Assembly: GCA_041494645.1 (NCBI GenBank)
Contig: JBGQBD010000003.1
Span: 1 to 59,134 of the forward strand
Reading direction: 5' to 3'
Length of the DNA: 59,134 nucleotides
DNA from: Candidatus Limnocylindria bacterium
GTDB taxonomy: Bacteria > Chloroflexota > Limnocylindria > Limnocylindrales > CSP1-4
Shown here in pieces: positions 27,607-40,632 of this stretch (position 1 is its first letter; each line of letters begins with the position of its first letter). Made by a program: the position numbers and the translations under genes. The notes beneath the pieces are model-generated. The model was not told the origin of the DNA. It did no database searches and saw only the letters and a program-made list of their open reading frames with translations.

Positions 27607-28206
27607 GTGAGGACGATCGTCAAGGGCAAGAACATCGACGTCCCGGACTCCGTACGGCAGTACGCGGAGCGCAAGATGCGCCGTCTCGAACGGCTGCTCG
27701 ACGATAGGACGGACGCATTGGTCGAGCTCTCGAACGAGCAGCATCGCAGCGCGGCGGATTCGCAGATCGCCGAGGTGACGCTAGTCGTGGACGGTCAGAT
27801 ACTCAGGAGCCACGCCGTCGGCCCGACGTACCAGGCCAGCCTCGATAGCGTCATGGACCGGATCGAGCGCCAGGCAGTGGATGCCCGCGAGAAGCGCCGC
27901 GGGAAGGCCCGGCCCGACGAGGCCAGGGCCCGCAGGGCCGCCGGAGAAGAGCCGGAGAGCGTCGGCGAGGTGGAACGGCCGAAGCCCAGGATCGTCAAGA
28001 CGAAGCGGTTCGCCATCGAGCCCATGTTCGAAGAGGACGCCCTGGCCCAGATCGAAGAGCTCGGGCACCACTTCTTCATCTTCGTGAACGCGGAGACGGA
28101 GAGACTGTGCGTCCTCTACAAGCGACACGCCGGCGACTACGGGTTGATCGAGCCGATCATCGGCGGCGAGTACACGCCTGGACGCAACGCCCGCAAGGCC
28201 GGCTGA
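27607..28206 (+). CDS. hpf: Ribosome hibernation factor (long HPF/RaiA)
   Basis: KGKNIDV, YAERK, C-terminal LGHHFFIF...YGLIEP. GGAGG RBS; TATACT at 27509. Confidence 0.93.
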   Translation: MRTIVKGKNIDVPDSVRQYAERKMRRLERLLDDRTDALVELSNEQHRSAADSQIAEVTLVVDGQILRSHAVGPTYQASLDSVMDRIERQAVDAREKRRGKARPDEARARRAAGEEPESVGEVERPKPRIVKTKRFAIEPMFEEDALAQIEELGHHFFIFVNAETERLCVLYKRHAGDYGLIEPIIGGEYTPGRNARKAG

Positions 28207-28248
28207 GGGCGACAGCCAGGTGGTTCTGCACACGAGGGCGGGTCCAGC

Positions 28249-29349
28249 TTGACGACCGAACGTCCGCCAGACCGGGACGATCGGGGCGCGGGCGATTCGG
28301 TTACGCGCCCGAAACGGGTCGAATTGCCCGGAGGGAGGCGAGCCGGAGCACATCTGCCGACGGGGATGGGCCTGGTCCGAGTCGCCGAGCGCGCGTCGGA
28401 GATCGGCGCGTCCGCTGTCCAGATCTTCAGCGACAATCCGACCGCCTGGCGCAGACGCGCGGAGACTCCGCCTGAGGCCGCGCCTTTTCGGCATCGGCTG
28501 GGCGAACTGGACATCGGGCCCGTCGCCATTCACGCGGCCTACCTGGTGAACCTGGCCGGGCCGGACGACGTGCTCTTCGGGCGCTCGGTGGAGATGGTCC
28601 GGCACGAGCTAGAGCACGCGCCGGAGTACGGCGCCCGGTTCGTCAACATCCACGTCGGCTCGCATCGCGGCGCGGGCTTGGAGGCCGGGATCGGACGCCT
28701 GGTGGACGGCCTGGAGCGCGCCATGGATGCGACGCTGTCGAGCCCCGACGCACCGCTCCTGGTGCTGGAGAACTCGTCCGGAGGCGGATTCACGATCGGC
28801 TCCACGATCGAAGAGATGGCGATGGTGCTGGACACGGCGGCGGCTCGCGGGCTGGACGGCCAGCTCGCCATCTGCCTGGACGTAGCCCACCTCTGGGGAG
28901 CCGGCTACGACGTCTCCCGCCCGGAGGCGATTGACCGCCTGCTCGAGGAGACCGATCGGACGATCGGCCTGGAGCGACTGGTCATGGTCCACCTGAACGA
29001 CTCGCGCTCCGCCCTTGGATCGCGCCGAGACCACCACACCCACTTGGGCGAGGGCAAGATCGGCCGCGCGGGGCTGGCCCACTTCCTCTGCCACCCGGCC
29101 CTGAGCCACGTAGTGTTCTACCTCGAGACACCCGAGATGGAGGACGGCTACGACGCCATCAACGTGGCCAGGCTCGGCGACCTGGCGGCAGGCAGGCCGC
29201 TCACGCCGGGCCCGGCCGAGTCGGAGGTCTCCGACGGCGCGGCTCGGGCGACGTCCCAGTCCGAGCCCAACCCGGATGTCTCCCGCGCGACTCCCGCAAC
29301 GTCTCTGCCCCGGGCCCAGTTCGGCGGCGAGCCAACCGGCCGAACGTGA
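28249..29349 (+). CDS. nfo: Endonuclease IV
   Basis: GAH, QIF, HAAYLVNLA, LEN, CLDVAH, HLNDS, DHH, LETP. Exact start uncertain. Confidence 0.92.
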   Translation: MTTERPPDRDDRGAGDSVTRPKRVELPGGRRAGAHLPTGMGLVRVAERASEIGASAVQIFSDNPTAWRRRAETPPEAAPFRHRLGELDIGPVAIHAAYLVNLAGPDDVLFGRSVEMVRHELEHAPEYGARFVNIHVGSHRGAGLEAGIGRLVDGLERAMDATLSSPDAPLLVLENSSGGGFTIGSTIEEMAMVLDTAAARGLDGQLAICLDVAHLWGAGYDVSRPEAIDRLLEETDRTIGLERLVMVHLNDSRSALGSRRDHHTHLGEGKIGRAGLAHFLCHPALSHVVFYLETPEMEDGYDAINVARLGDLAAGRPLTPGPAESEVSDGAARATSQSEPNPDVSRATPATSLPRAQFGGEPTGRT

Positions 29350-29585
29350 CATCGGCGAGCAGCCCACATGACCGCCGTCGCGAGCCGATGGATCGCCCGC
29401 CACGGCATCGGCTGGCGCGAACTCGCGGGCGTGGCCGGGATCGTATCTGCCGCCCGCCAGCGCAGCGCTCGAGCCGCTCGCGGCCTTGTGCGAAGCGACG
29501 GTCGACCGCGAGCAAGCGCCGCGGGCTGAGGCGAGGTCGAACGGAGACAGAGCGAGCGGTCAGAGCTACCCGAGGCGGCGAATGA

Positions 29586-30107
29586 TCAACTCGCCTCGCG
29601 GCCGGTTCGCGCGTGCGGCGGAAGGGACCGGACCAGCGGTCGCGCGGCGCGGCCGGCAATGGCGGCCGACATCAACGGCGTGTCGCGTCGATCGTCGAGC
29701 AGGCGGCGAGGCTCCATCGGTCGCTCGTCCTGCCTCACGCCCACGTACCCGCGCGCGAAGCGGCGCATTCGAACGGCTAGGTAGTACTCCATGACCTGGC
29801 GGACCTGAGGCTCGGAGAGAACCTCATCGGCCCGCAGGGAATACTCCACGCGAGCTGTCGGGTTGGCCGTGCCGGAGGCGACGGCGCCCAGATACTCCGG
29901 CGCCTCTGAGTCGTCTCGGATCTCACGCAGGCCGCGGGCCAGCTTGGTGGCCGTGCCGAGGGATGGCATGCGGTCGCCACGGATCAGTCGGGAGATGGTG
30001 GAGTGGTCCACGCCAGATTGCTGTGCCAGCTGGCGCTGAGACATCTTCTTCGCTTTGAGCTGGGCCCTCAGCCACTCGTTGAAGGCTCGCCCAGTCTGTC
30101 CGGCCAT
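29586..30107 (-). CDS. XRE family HTH transcriptional regulator
   Basis: KMSQRQLAQQSGVDHSTISRLIRGDRMPS. Start taken at ATG30107. Confidence 0.88.
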   Translation of the reverse strand: MAGQTGRAFNEWLRAQLKAKKMSQRQLAQQSGVDHSTISRLIRGDRMPSLGTATKLARGLREIRDDSEAPEYLGAVASGTANPTARVEYSLRADEVLSEPQVRQVMEYYLAVRMRRFARGYVGVRQDERPMEPRRLLDDRRDTPLMSAAIAGRAARPLVRSLPPHARTGREAS

Positions 30108-30136
30108 GCGCGAAGGTAGGCTCCCCGGTTCGGCGC

Positions 30137-30171
30137 GATCTGCTCCGATACTGGAACTATCGGAGGAGATC
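30137..30171. promoter_or_regulatory. Inverted repeat, candidate operator
   Basis: GATCT-G-CTCCGATA-N7-TATCGGAG-G-AGATC, about 30 nt upstream of the XRE gene. Confidence 0.5.
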
Positions 30172-30486
30172 ACCGATGCGTGAATGACCAATTCGTACTT
30201 CACACACGGCGACTGTCGGCGCCCTGGCAACGTCGCCGCAGTTGGGCAGGCGGCGATTCGCAGGCGCGGTGATGTGAGCGGCGACCGCTCGCGCAGCACT
30301 CGGGCCGGTTGCGGCTTTGGGCGAAGCTACCGTCGCCCGCGTGCAAGCCGCGCTCGCGCGGCACTCGGGCCGCTTGCTGCTTCGGGCGAGGCGACGGTCG
30401 ACCGCGAGCCGGCGCCGAGCGTCCGCGTGCGGTTCCCGCCCGGAGCGACGGTGTGGACGCCCTCAGCCGGCCGAGACCGTCGCCGT

Positions 30487-31605
30487 CTAGACTTCCTCGA
30501 CCTTCATCCCGCCACCGCGCGGCTTGGACGAGAGCGCGTAGGCAATCGAGCCAAGGACGACGATCGAGAAGACGCTGATCGTGCGGTCGATGAGAAGGAT
30601 GGCAGTTGCCCGCCCCCCGGCGACGCCGAAGACCGTCACCAGGACGCCGTAGACTCCGCCCTCGACGGCGCCCAGCCCGGCGGGAGTCAGCGGCACCGCG
30701 GTGAGCAGCGACCCGATCAGGGCGACGAACAAGACGCCGCTCAGGCCCAGACCCAGATCGCCGAAGCCAAGGGCCTGGATGACGAAGTAGAGGCGGAAGG
30801 CCTCGGTGGCCCAGATCAGGCAGGTCAGCACCCCCAGCCAGGGCAGACCCTTCAAGCCTACGGAGTTGAACACACCCTCCTCGAAACGGTCGTACAGGTC
30901 GACGGCCCGGTGAGGCAGAGGCAGCGACACCATGAGCCGGCGGCCGAAGTTCCGGAGCACGACCAACCCCACGGCCAGCGCCACCACGATCACCCCGCCG
31001 AGGGCGAAGATGACCTGGACGGCCACGGGAAGATCGCCGATGCTGCCCCGGAAGCGAACGTAGCCGGCCGCAAGACCCAGGATCGCAATCGCGAACAGGT
31101 CGAGGATTCGCTCGATGAAGACCGTCCCCAGCGTCCGGGTGGCCGAGACGGGGCTGTTCAGCTTGAGCAGGTAGGCGCGGTAGATGTCTCCGAGCTTCGC
31201 CGGCACGACACAGTTGACCAGCCAAGACAAGAAGAGGATCTCGGTGGCGTCCTTGGTGGAGACGCGATAGCCCGCACCCCGAAGAAGGGTGGACCAGCGG
31301 TGGCCACGGAGGGGGAAACCCAGGTAGTAGATGCCGAACGCAGCGGCGAGGAACCATAGGTTGGCGCGGGCGATGTAGCCGGGAACCTCCGAGAGAGCTG
31401 ACCGGTTCAGGTACAGGGCGATGGCTATGATCGCCAGCGGCACCGCGATCGACAGGATGGTCCGAGGCTGGCGGAGCCGGCGAATGAGCGACATCTGCTC
31501 GGCCGGCGGGACCTCGACGGGCGCCTCCGGGTGGATGAGCGCGTCTGCCTCCTGCCCGAGCGAATCGCCAATCGGATGGAGGTGGTGTTCTGGCCGGTCG
31601 GTCAC
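30487..31605 (-). CDS. Lysylphosphatidylglycerol synthase TM / flippase-like membrane protein
   Basis: LRGHRW, NCVVPAKLGDIYRAY, ERILD, TPAGLGAVE. Confidence 0.88.
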   Translation of the reverse strand: MTDRPEHHLHPIGDSLGQEADALIHPEAPVEVPPAEQMSLIRRLRQPRTILSIAVPLAIIAIALYLNRSALSEVPGYIARANLWFLAAAFGIYYLGFPLRGHRWSTLLRGAGYRVSTKDATEILFLSWLVNCVVPAKLGDIYRAYLLKLNSPVSATRTLGTVFIERILDLFAIAILGLAAGYVRFRGSIGDLPVAVQVIFALGGVIVVALAVGLVVLRNFGRRLMVSLPLPHRAVDLYDRFEEGVFNSVGLKGLPWLGVLTCLIWATEAFRLYFVIQALGFGDLGLGLSGVLFVALIGSLLTAVPLTPAGLGAVEGGVYGVLVTVFGVAGGRATAILLIDRTISVFSIVVLGSIAYALSSKPRGGGMKVEEV

Positions 31606-32345
31606 CGGGAGTCCCTCTCGCTCTCGTGGGTCCGGCGACGGCCTTTCCCTCGGATGGATTGGATCATCTTAGCGAGCGGCGTCCACGCCCTGACGTAGAA
31701 AGTGGCTCGCCCCGGATGGAGGTCGACACTCCCGATGGCGGCGAGCAGCCCTTCGGGCGTGCTCGGATCGCCGGAGACCGCGTTGTAGGAGACGCCGACT
31801 TCGAGAACCGTGTGCGAGTCCGAGGCAGCCAGTCCCGGCAGGCCGTGTTCCAGGGCGAAGAGCGCGGCCTGCTCGTTGGCGGATCCGCCGATCACTCTGG
31901 CGTTGTAGGTCTCGATCCAATCGACCAGGCCGGCTATCGATTCGACCGCTGCACCGGTCTTGCGGCCGAAGCCTCGGAGCCGGTCGAACGGATGCGGAAC
32001 GCCGACGAGGCCGCCTTGCTCGCGGATCGCCGAGATCGTCTCGACGGCCGACAGCCCCGGCGGCACGCGCTCGCGCAGGAAGATGGCGATGAGGTCGCCA
32101 TCGGCGGTCTTGACCTCCTCGCCGACGATGACCGTCAGCTCTGGCGGCGCTTCGTCAAGCGCCCGAAGAGCGCCGTCGATCCGATCGTGGTCGGTGACGG
32201 CCAGGTGGGTGATGCCGCGGGCAGCCGCTGCCCGCGCCACGGCGCCTGGAGTCGCGAGCGAATCGAAACTGGCGCTGGTGTGGCAGTGCAGATCGATGAA
32301 GGCGCGGCCAGCTTCATCGGTCTGACCGGGGCCGAGAGCGGCCAT
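31602..32345 (-). CDS. PHP domain metal-dependent phosphoesterase
   Basis: IDLHCHT, VTDHD, GEEV, PHPFD, SDSH. Confidence 0.9.
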   Translation of the reverse strand: MAALGPGQTDEAGRAFIDLHCHTSASFDSLATPGAVARAAAARGITHLAVTDHDRIDGALRALDEAPPELTVIVGEEVKTADGDLIAIFLRERVPPGLSAVETISAIREQGGLVGVPHPFDRLRGFGRKTGAAVESIAGLVDWIETYNARVIGGSANEQAALFALEHGLPGLAASDSHTVLEVGVSYNAVSGDPSTPEGLLAAIGSVDLHPGRATFYVRAWTPLAKMIQSIRGKGRRRTHESERDSR

Positions 32346-33346
32346 CAGACCTGCGAGCCGAGGTACTTCTTGAAGAAGTCGAAGTGCTCGAGAGCCACGC
32401 CGGTCCCCAGGGCAACGCAATGCAACGCGTTGTCTGCCACATGGCACGGGACGCCCGTCACCTGGGTGAGCAGCTTGTCGACGTTCCGGAGCAGCGAGCC
32501 TCCGCCGGTCATGACCATGCCTTTGTCGATGATGTCGCTGGAGAGCTCCGGGGGGGTCTGCTCCAGCACGAGCCGGACGGCGCCGATTATCTGCTGAAGC
32601 GGCGGCTCCAGGGCCTCCATGACCTCCGCGCTGTCCACTTGGATCGTGCGCGGCAGCCCGGCGATGAGGTCCCGGCCGCGGACGTCCATGGTGAGGTCGC
32701 GCTCGAGGGGCAGGGCCGTCCCGATCTGGATCTTGATCTCTTCGGCGGTCCGGTCGCCGATCATGAGGTTGTACTTCTTGCGGACGTAGCTGGCGATCGC
32801 CTCGTCCATCTTGTTGCCGCCGACCCGGAGGCTGGTGGACACGACGATGGCACCCAACGAGATGACGGCGATCTCGCTCGTCCCGCCGCCGATGTCGATG
32901 ATCATCGACCCCGATGGGCCGCTGACGGGCACGTTTGCGCCGATCGCCGCTGCCATCGGCTCCTCGATCAGGTATGCCTCGCCCGCACCCGCCTTGAGGG
33001 CCGCGTCTCGAACGGCGCGCTTCTCCACGCTGGTCACGCCGGCGGGAACGCTGATCATGACCTCGGGCTTGCCCCACCCGAAGCGACGGCCCTGCTGCAC
33101 CCGGTGGATGAAGTGGTCCAGGAGCGCCTCCGTGATGACGTAGTCGGCGATGACGCCGTCCCGCATCGGCCGAATGGCCTGGATGTTGCCGGGCGTGCGG
33201 CCGATCATCTCGCGAGCCTCTTCGCCGACCGCCACGATGTGGTTCTGGTCGTCGACGGCGACTACGGAGGGCTCCTGCATGACGATGCCCTGACCCTTGA
33301 CGTAGACGATGATGTTGGCCGTGCCCAGGTCGATTCCGATCTTCAT
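32345..33346 (-). CDS. mreB: Rod shape-determining actin homolog (MreB/Mbl)
   Basis: IGIDLGTAN, EPSVVA, DIGGGT, TGGGSLL. Confidence 0.96.
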   Translation of the reverse strand: MKIGIDLGTANIIVYVKGQGIVMQEPSVVAVDDQNHIVAVGEEAREMIGRTPGNIQAIRPMRDGVIADYVITEALLDHFIHRVQQGRRFGWGKPEVMISVPAGVTSVEKRAVRDAALKAGAGEAYLIEEPMAAAIGANVPVSGPSGSMIIDIGGGTSEIAVISLGAIVVSTSLRVGGNKMDEAIASYVRKKYNLMIGDRTAEEIKIQIGTALPLERDLTMDVRGRDLIAGLPRTIQVDSAEVMEALEPPLQQIIGAVRLVLEQTPPELSSDIIDKGMVMTGGGSLLRNVDKLLTQVTGVPCHVADNALHCVALGTGVALEHFDFFKKYLGSQV

Positions 33347-33355
33347 GCCGAAGTG

Positions 33356-34687
33356 CTACGTCCCTTCCGAAATCCGCTCGATCCTGGCCCCGAGTTCCAG
33401 GAATTTGGCGTCGATCTTCTCATAGCCGCGATGTACGTGGTGGGCGCCTTGAATCGTGGTGACGCCTTCGGCGGCAAGGGCAGCGAGAATGAGCGACGCG
33501 CCGGCCCGAAGATCGCCGATTTCCACCTCGGCGCCGTGGAGCGGCGTGGGACCCTTGATGAGGGCGTGGTGCTGGTCCTGGATCTCCACGTTGGCGCCCA
33601 TGCGGCGCAGCTCGCCAAGCCACTCCAGCCTGTCCTCGAAGACGGATTCGTGGACGTGGCTGGTGCCATCGGCCTGTGTCAGCAGGACGCACGTGGGTGG
33701 CTGGAGGTCGGTGGCGAGGCCCGGGTAGGGCTGGGTCTCGATATCGCAACACCGCAGAGACTGGAGGTCCGCGGAGGTGGCATCGACCTCGATAGTGGCG
33801 GCGGTGCAGCTCACGGAGACGCCCGCTTCCGCCATGACGCTCAGGAATGCGCCGAGGTGGTCGCATTGAGCTCCACGAACGGTGATGCGGCCGCGGGTAA
33901 CGCCGGCGGCGACGATGAACGTCCCGGCCTCGATCCGATCCGGGACGACAGAGTGGTCCGCGCCCCGAAGCCGCCGGCGGCCCTCGATCTCGATCCGGTG
34001 GGGGGCCGTCCTCTCGACATGAGCGCCCATCTTCTGCAGGAAGGCGATGAGGTCGTCGACCTCGGGCTCCTGAGCGGCCGGCTCGATGACAGTGTGGCCG
34101 TCGGCCAGGACTGCCGCAAGCATCGCGTTCTCGGTGCCCATCACCGTGATCTGGGGGAAGGTGATCGGGCCGCCCCTGAGCCGGCCCGGCGCTTTGGCGA
34201 AGTAGTAGCCGTTGCGGTACTCGATCTCCGCTCCCAGGGCTCGCATCGCGTCGACGTGCAGGTTCACCGGTCGTCGGCCGATGCGGTCGCCGCCCGGGTT
34301 GCTGATGATCACTCGCCCGAATCGCGTCAGCAGCGGCCCTAGAAGGATGAAGCTCGCCCGCATCTTGGCCGCGGCTTCCAGCGGCACGAAGAGCCACTCG
34401 GCATCGCCTGAGGCGATCTCGTAGACGTTCGGCGCGGGGTGGTCCACGGTCACGCCGATGTCGGTCAGGACCTCGGAGAGAACGCGAACGTCTTCGATCT
34501 CCGGAACGTTGGTGAAGCGGCACCGCTCGCCGGTGAGGGTCGCGGCGGCCATCAGCTTCAGCGCGGCGTTCTTCGCCCCGCTGATCGCGACGGAACCTTC
34601 CAGGCGTCTGCCCCCCTCGATCCGAAGGACCTCGCGGGCGACGGGTTCTGGCTTGAACTCCCAGTGGAATGGGCGTGCGTCGGCCAT
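33356..34687 (-). CDS. murA: UDP-N-acetylglucosamine 1-carboxyvinyltransferase
   Basis: SGAKNA, MRAS, PGGDRIG, PDRIEAGT, DLRAGA, HRGYE. Confidence 0.96.
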   Translation of the reverse strand: MADARPFHWEFKPEPVAREVLRIEGGRRLEGSVAISGAKNAALKLMAAATLTGERCRFTNVPEIEDVRVLSEVLTDIGVTVDHPAPNVYEIASGDAEWLFVPLEAAAKMRASFILLGPLLTRFGRVIISNPGGDRIGRRPVNLHVDAMRALGAEIEYRNGYYFAKAPGRLRGGPITFPQITVMGTENAMLAAVLADGHTVIEPAAQEPEVDDLIAFLQKMGAHVERTAPHRIEIEGRRRLRGADHSVVPDRIEAGTFIVAAGVTRGRITVRGAQCDHLGAFLSVMAEAGVSVSCTAATIEVDATSADLQSLRCCDIETQPYPGLATDLQPPTCVLLTQADGTSHVHESVFEDRLEWLGELRRMGANVEIQDQHHALIKGPTPLHGAEVEIGDLRAGASLILAALAAEGVTTIQGAHHVHRGYEKIDAKFLELGARIERISEGT

Positions 34688-34690
34688 CCG

Positions 34691-35170
34691 CTATTCGCCC
34701 GGCGGCTCGTGGTCGCGGAGCGAAGCCGCACGCCGCGCCGCGCCGGGTTCGCCCCTTGAGGTTCGGCGAGCGCCTCGCTCGGCCACTCGTATTCGGATCA
34801 AGGCCCGCTGCAGCGCGGCTCGAGCGGCGGCGATATCGGCCGGCTCCACGAAACCGCCTTCGAGTGCCTTCTGGGCGTCTGCCCGGGCTCGCTCGGCGCG
34901 CTCCAGGTCTATCTCCGAGGCCATGTCCGCCGTCTCGGCCAGCACCACGACGCGATCCGGCCGAACCTGCACGAAACCGCCGAAGATCGCGAAGGCCTCC
35001 TCCTGCCCGCCCCGCTTCAGGCGCAGGACGCCCTGTCCAAGCAGCGAGATCAGCGGCGCGTGATGAGGCAGGATGCCCATCTCGCCCTCGCTGCCGGGGA
35101 CGATGACCTCATCGACGTCGCCTTCGAAGGCTAGCCGCTCCGGAGTCACGATCTCCAGATGCAGAGGCAT
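34691..35170 (-). CDS. atpC: ATP synthase epsilon
   Basis: LEIVTPER, GILPHHAP. Confidence 0.95.
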   Translation of the reverse strand: MPLHLEIVTPERLAFEGDVDEVIVPGSEGEMGILPHHAPLISLLGQGVLRLKRGGQEEAFAIFGGFVQVRPDRVVVLAETADMASEIDLERAERARADAQKALEGGFVEPADIAAARAALQRALIRIRVAERGARRTSRGEPGAARRAASLRDHEPPGE

Positions 35171-35312
35171 CGCTACTCCTTGCTCCTCGCCTGGCGGGAC
35201 GCCGCGAGCGGCCGCTCACGCAGCACTCTAGCCGCCTGCGGCCTTGTGCGGAGCGACGGCCGAGGGCGAGAAGGCGCCCGGCGAAGCAGCGGCCTGCCAC
35301 CGGCGGGGCGCA

Positions 35313-36752
<1,440 letters not shown>

Positions 36753-37604
36753 CTAGCGCGTTCGCGCGCCGGACGCGATCTCGATCAACTCTCTGGTGAT
36801 GTTCGCCTGACGGGCCTTGTTGTAGCTCAGCGTCAGGTCGTCTATCAGCTCGTCCGCGTTCTCCGTGGCGTTCTTCATCGCGACCATCTGGCTGGAGAAG
36901 AAGCTGGCGCTACTCTCGAGTGCCGTCTGGTAGAGCCTCGTGCCAAGGTAGCGAGGCAGCAGCTCCTGCAGGACCTCCGCTGGCGCCGGCTCGAAGATGA
37001 ACTGCGCGCCGGGAAGGCCGCGGGTGTCCGTGCTCGGCCTGATCGGCAGGAGCTGGACCATGTCCGCACGCTGAACCAGGGTCGAGACGAACCGCGTGAA
37101 GATGACGTCGACCTGGTTGTATGTGCCGCATTCGTACTCGTCGGAGATGAGTCGAGCCAGGGGCAGGATATCGCCGAAGGAGGCCCTGTCGCCGAAGCCT
37201 GAGAAGTGGGCCACGATCGGAACTCGGGCTCGGCGCATGGCATCGCGACCCTTGCGACCGACGCTGACGACCTCCAATTCCCCGGGATGTTCCACGATCT
37301 CGTTGGCCGCGAAGCGGATGACATTGGTGTTGAGAGGCCCGGCCAGGCCGCGATCGCTCGTGACCAGCACGATGAGGCGCTTGCCGTCTTCGTGGCGGCT
37401 GAGGAGGGGGTGCTCGTCACCAACCAGAACGGCGGCCAGGTCGGCAAGGATCTCGTCGATCAGCTCAGAGTAGGGCCGCGCGGCGAGGGCCGATTCCTGG
37501 GCGCGGCGGAGCTTGGACGCCGCCACGAACTGCATCGCCCGGGTGATCTGGCTGATGTTCCGCGAGGCGGAGATCCGCCTCCGGATGTCTCGCTGACTCG
37601 GCAC
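36753..37604 (-). CDS. atpG: ATP synthase gamma
   Basis: ITRAM, SDRGLAG, ARQANITRE. Confidence 0.97.
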   Translation of the reverse strand: MPSQRDIRRRISASRNISQITRAMQFVAASKLRRAQESALAARPYSELIDEILADLAAVLVGDEHPLLSRHEDGKRLIVLVTSDRGLAGPLNTNVIRFAANEIVEHPGELEVVSVGRKGRDAMRRARVPIVAHFSGFGDRASFGDILPLARLISDEYECGTYNQVDVIFTRFVSTLVQRADMVQLLPIRPSTDTRGLPGAQFIFEPAPAEVLQELLPRYLGTRLYQTALESSASFFSSQMVAMKNATENADELIDDLTLSYNKARQANITRELIEIASGARTR

Positions 37605-37605
37605 G

Positions 37606-39189
<1,584 letters not shown>

Positions 39190-39221
39190 GCCTTCTCCGT
39201 TCGGCCCGCGGACCTACCGCC

Positions 39222-39782
39222 CTACGCGGCGCCCGCCGCTTTGCTCGTTCCCTGAATCAGCTGCTTGCGCAACCGCGCCAGGCGAGCGCTGACGCTGGCG
39301 TCGATCTCGCGATCGCCGATTGTGACGCAGAGTCCACCGATGAGCGTTGGATCCGAGCATGTGGTGATTTCCACTGGCGCCGCCGCGAGCTGCTCCACTC
39401 TCACCTTGACGGCCGCGAGCTCCCCTTCGGAGAGCGGCGTGGGCGTGGTCAGGGTGACTCCGACGATGCCGCGCGACCTGCGAACCAGGTCATCGTACTC
39501 GTCGCTGATGGCCGGCATGCTCGAGAAGCGGCCTCGCTCCACCAGGAGCAGCGCCAGGTTCAGGACCTGGCGGGAGACGCGCTTCGCCAGGAGTTGCTCC
39601 ATCGCCTTGCGGCGCTGTACGAAGGCCACGGCCGGGCTGTCGACGGCCCGAACCAGCCGCTTGTCCTGGGCTAGACCGCAGGCGATGCCTACCTCGCGCC
39701 GCCACTCGTCGACCTTGCCGTCGCGCGTGGCCAGCTCGAAGACGGCTTCCGCATACCGGCGCGCGGCCCCAAGGCGCGCCAT
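39222..39782 (-). CDS. atpH: ATP synthase delta
   Basis: ARRYAEA, DPTLIGG, IDASV. Confidence 0.95.
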   Translation of the reverse strand: MARLGAARRYAEAVFELATRDGKVDEWRREVGIACGLAQDKRLVRAVDSPAVAFVQRRKAMEQLLAKRVSRQVLNLALLLVERGRFSSMPAISDEYDDLVRRSRGIVGVTLTTPTPLSEGELAAVKVRVEQLAAAPVEITTCSDPTLIGGLCVTIGDREIDASVSARLARLRKQLIQGTSKAAGAA

Positions 39783-40333
39783 CAGTTGGCCCCGCCCCCG
39801 CCGGAGGTTTCGCGGTCGGTGAGGAACTCCTCCACGAGTCGGCGCTGGCGGGCGCCGGTCATGGTCTCTCCCACGACCTTGCCGGCGGCCGCCAGGGCCA
39901 GGTCGGCGACCTGGGCCCGGAGATCCGCCTGCGCACGGTCACGCTCCGCGGCGATGTCGACGGCCGCTTTCTCGCGGAGCCTGTCCAGCTCGGCTCGGGT
40001 GGCGGCGATGTCCGCCAGGCGGAGGTCTTCGGCCGACTTCTGGGCCGCCGTGATGAGAGCGATCGCCTCGCGGCGGGCCTCGGCGATCACTCGCTCGTGT
40101 TCAGCCCTTCCGGCATCGCGGTCCCTGCGGGCGTGCTCCGCGTCCGCCAGACCCTGCTCGATGCGTGCCTTGCGATCGGCCAGGATCCTGGCGATGGGAT
40201 CGAAGCCGAATCGCCAGATCAAGGCCAGGAAGATGACGAAGTTGAGGGCGGCGACGATGACCCAGAAGATGTTGATCGACAGGCCCGACGCCTCGGTAGC
40301 GGGCGCTGCCGCAACGGCCGCCAGGAGGTTCAC
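39782..40333 (-). CDS. atpF: ATP synthase b
   Basis: One TM (LNFVIFL) plus coiled coil; operon position. Confidence 0.93.
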   Translation of the reverse strand: MNLLAAVAAAPATEASGLSINIFWVIVAALNFVIFLALIWRFGFDPIARILADRKARIEQGLADAEHARRDRDAGRAEHERVIAEARREAIALITAAQKSAEDLRLADIAATRAELDRLREKAAVDIAAERDRAQADLRAQVADLALAAAGKVVGETMTGARQRRLVEEFLTDRETSGGGGAN

Positions 40334-40357
40334 GGTATGCCCTCCGCCGGGTGCGGC

Positions 40358-40576
40358 TTACTTGAGGAAGAGTGAGAGCAGGCCAACGACGATCGCCAGG
40401 ACGCCGAGGCCTTCGGCGAAGCCGGCCAGGATGATCGCCAGGCCGCGGATCTGACCTGCCGCATCCGGGTTCCGCCCGATGGCGTTGCTGGACATGCCGG
40501 CCAGTAGGCCGATGCCGATGCCGGGGCCGATTACGGCAAGCGCCGCGAGTCCGGCTCCGATGTGCTCGGGGGTCAT
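40358..40576 (-). CDS. atpE: ATP synthase c
   Basis: GIGIG, RNP, FAEGL. GGAGG RBS. Confidence 0.95.
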   Translation of the reverse strand: MTPEHIGAGLAALAVIGPGIGIGLLAGMSSNAIGRNPDAAGQIRGLAIILAGFAEGLGVLAIVVGLLSLFLK

Positions 40577-40632
40577 TCTCAAGAACCTCCTCTGGTCCGA
40601 CCAGCAGGCCGGGCAGTTGCTACGGTGGGCGG

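Noticed and set aside
29346-29585. 79-aa ORF after nfo
   Set aside because: Arg-rich low-complexity frame with no motif; probably intergenic.
40358-40576. Na+-coupled ATP synthase
   Set aside because: The c subunit has FAEGL without the Gln and ES/T Na+-binding signature, so it is likely H+-coupled.
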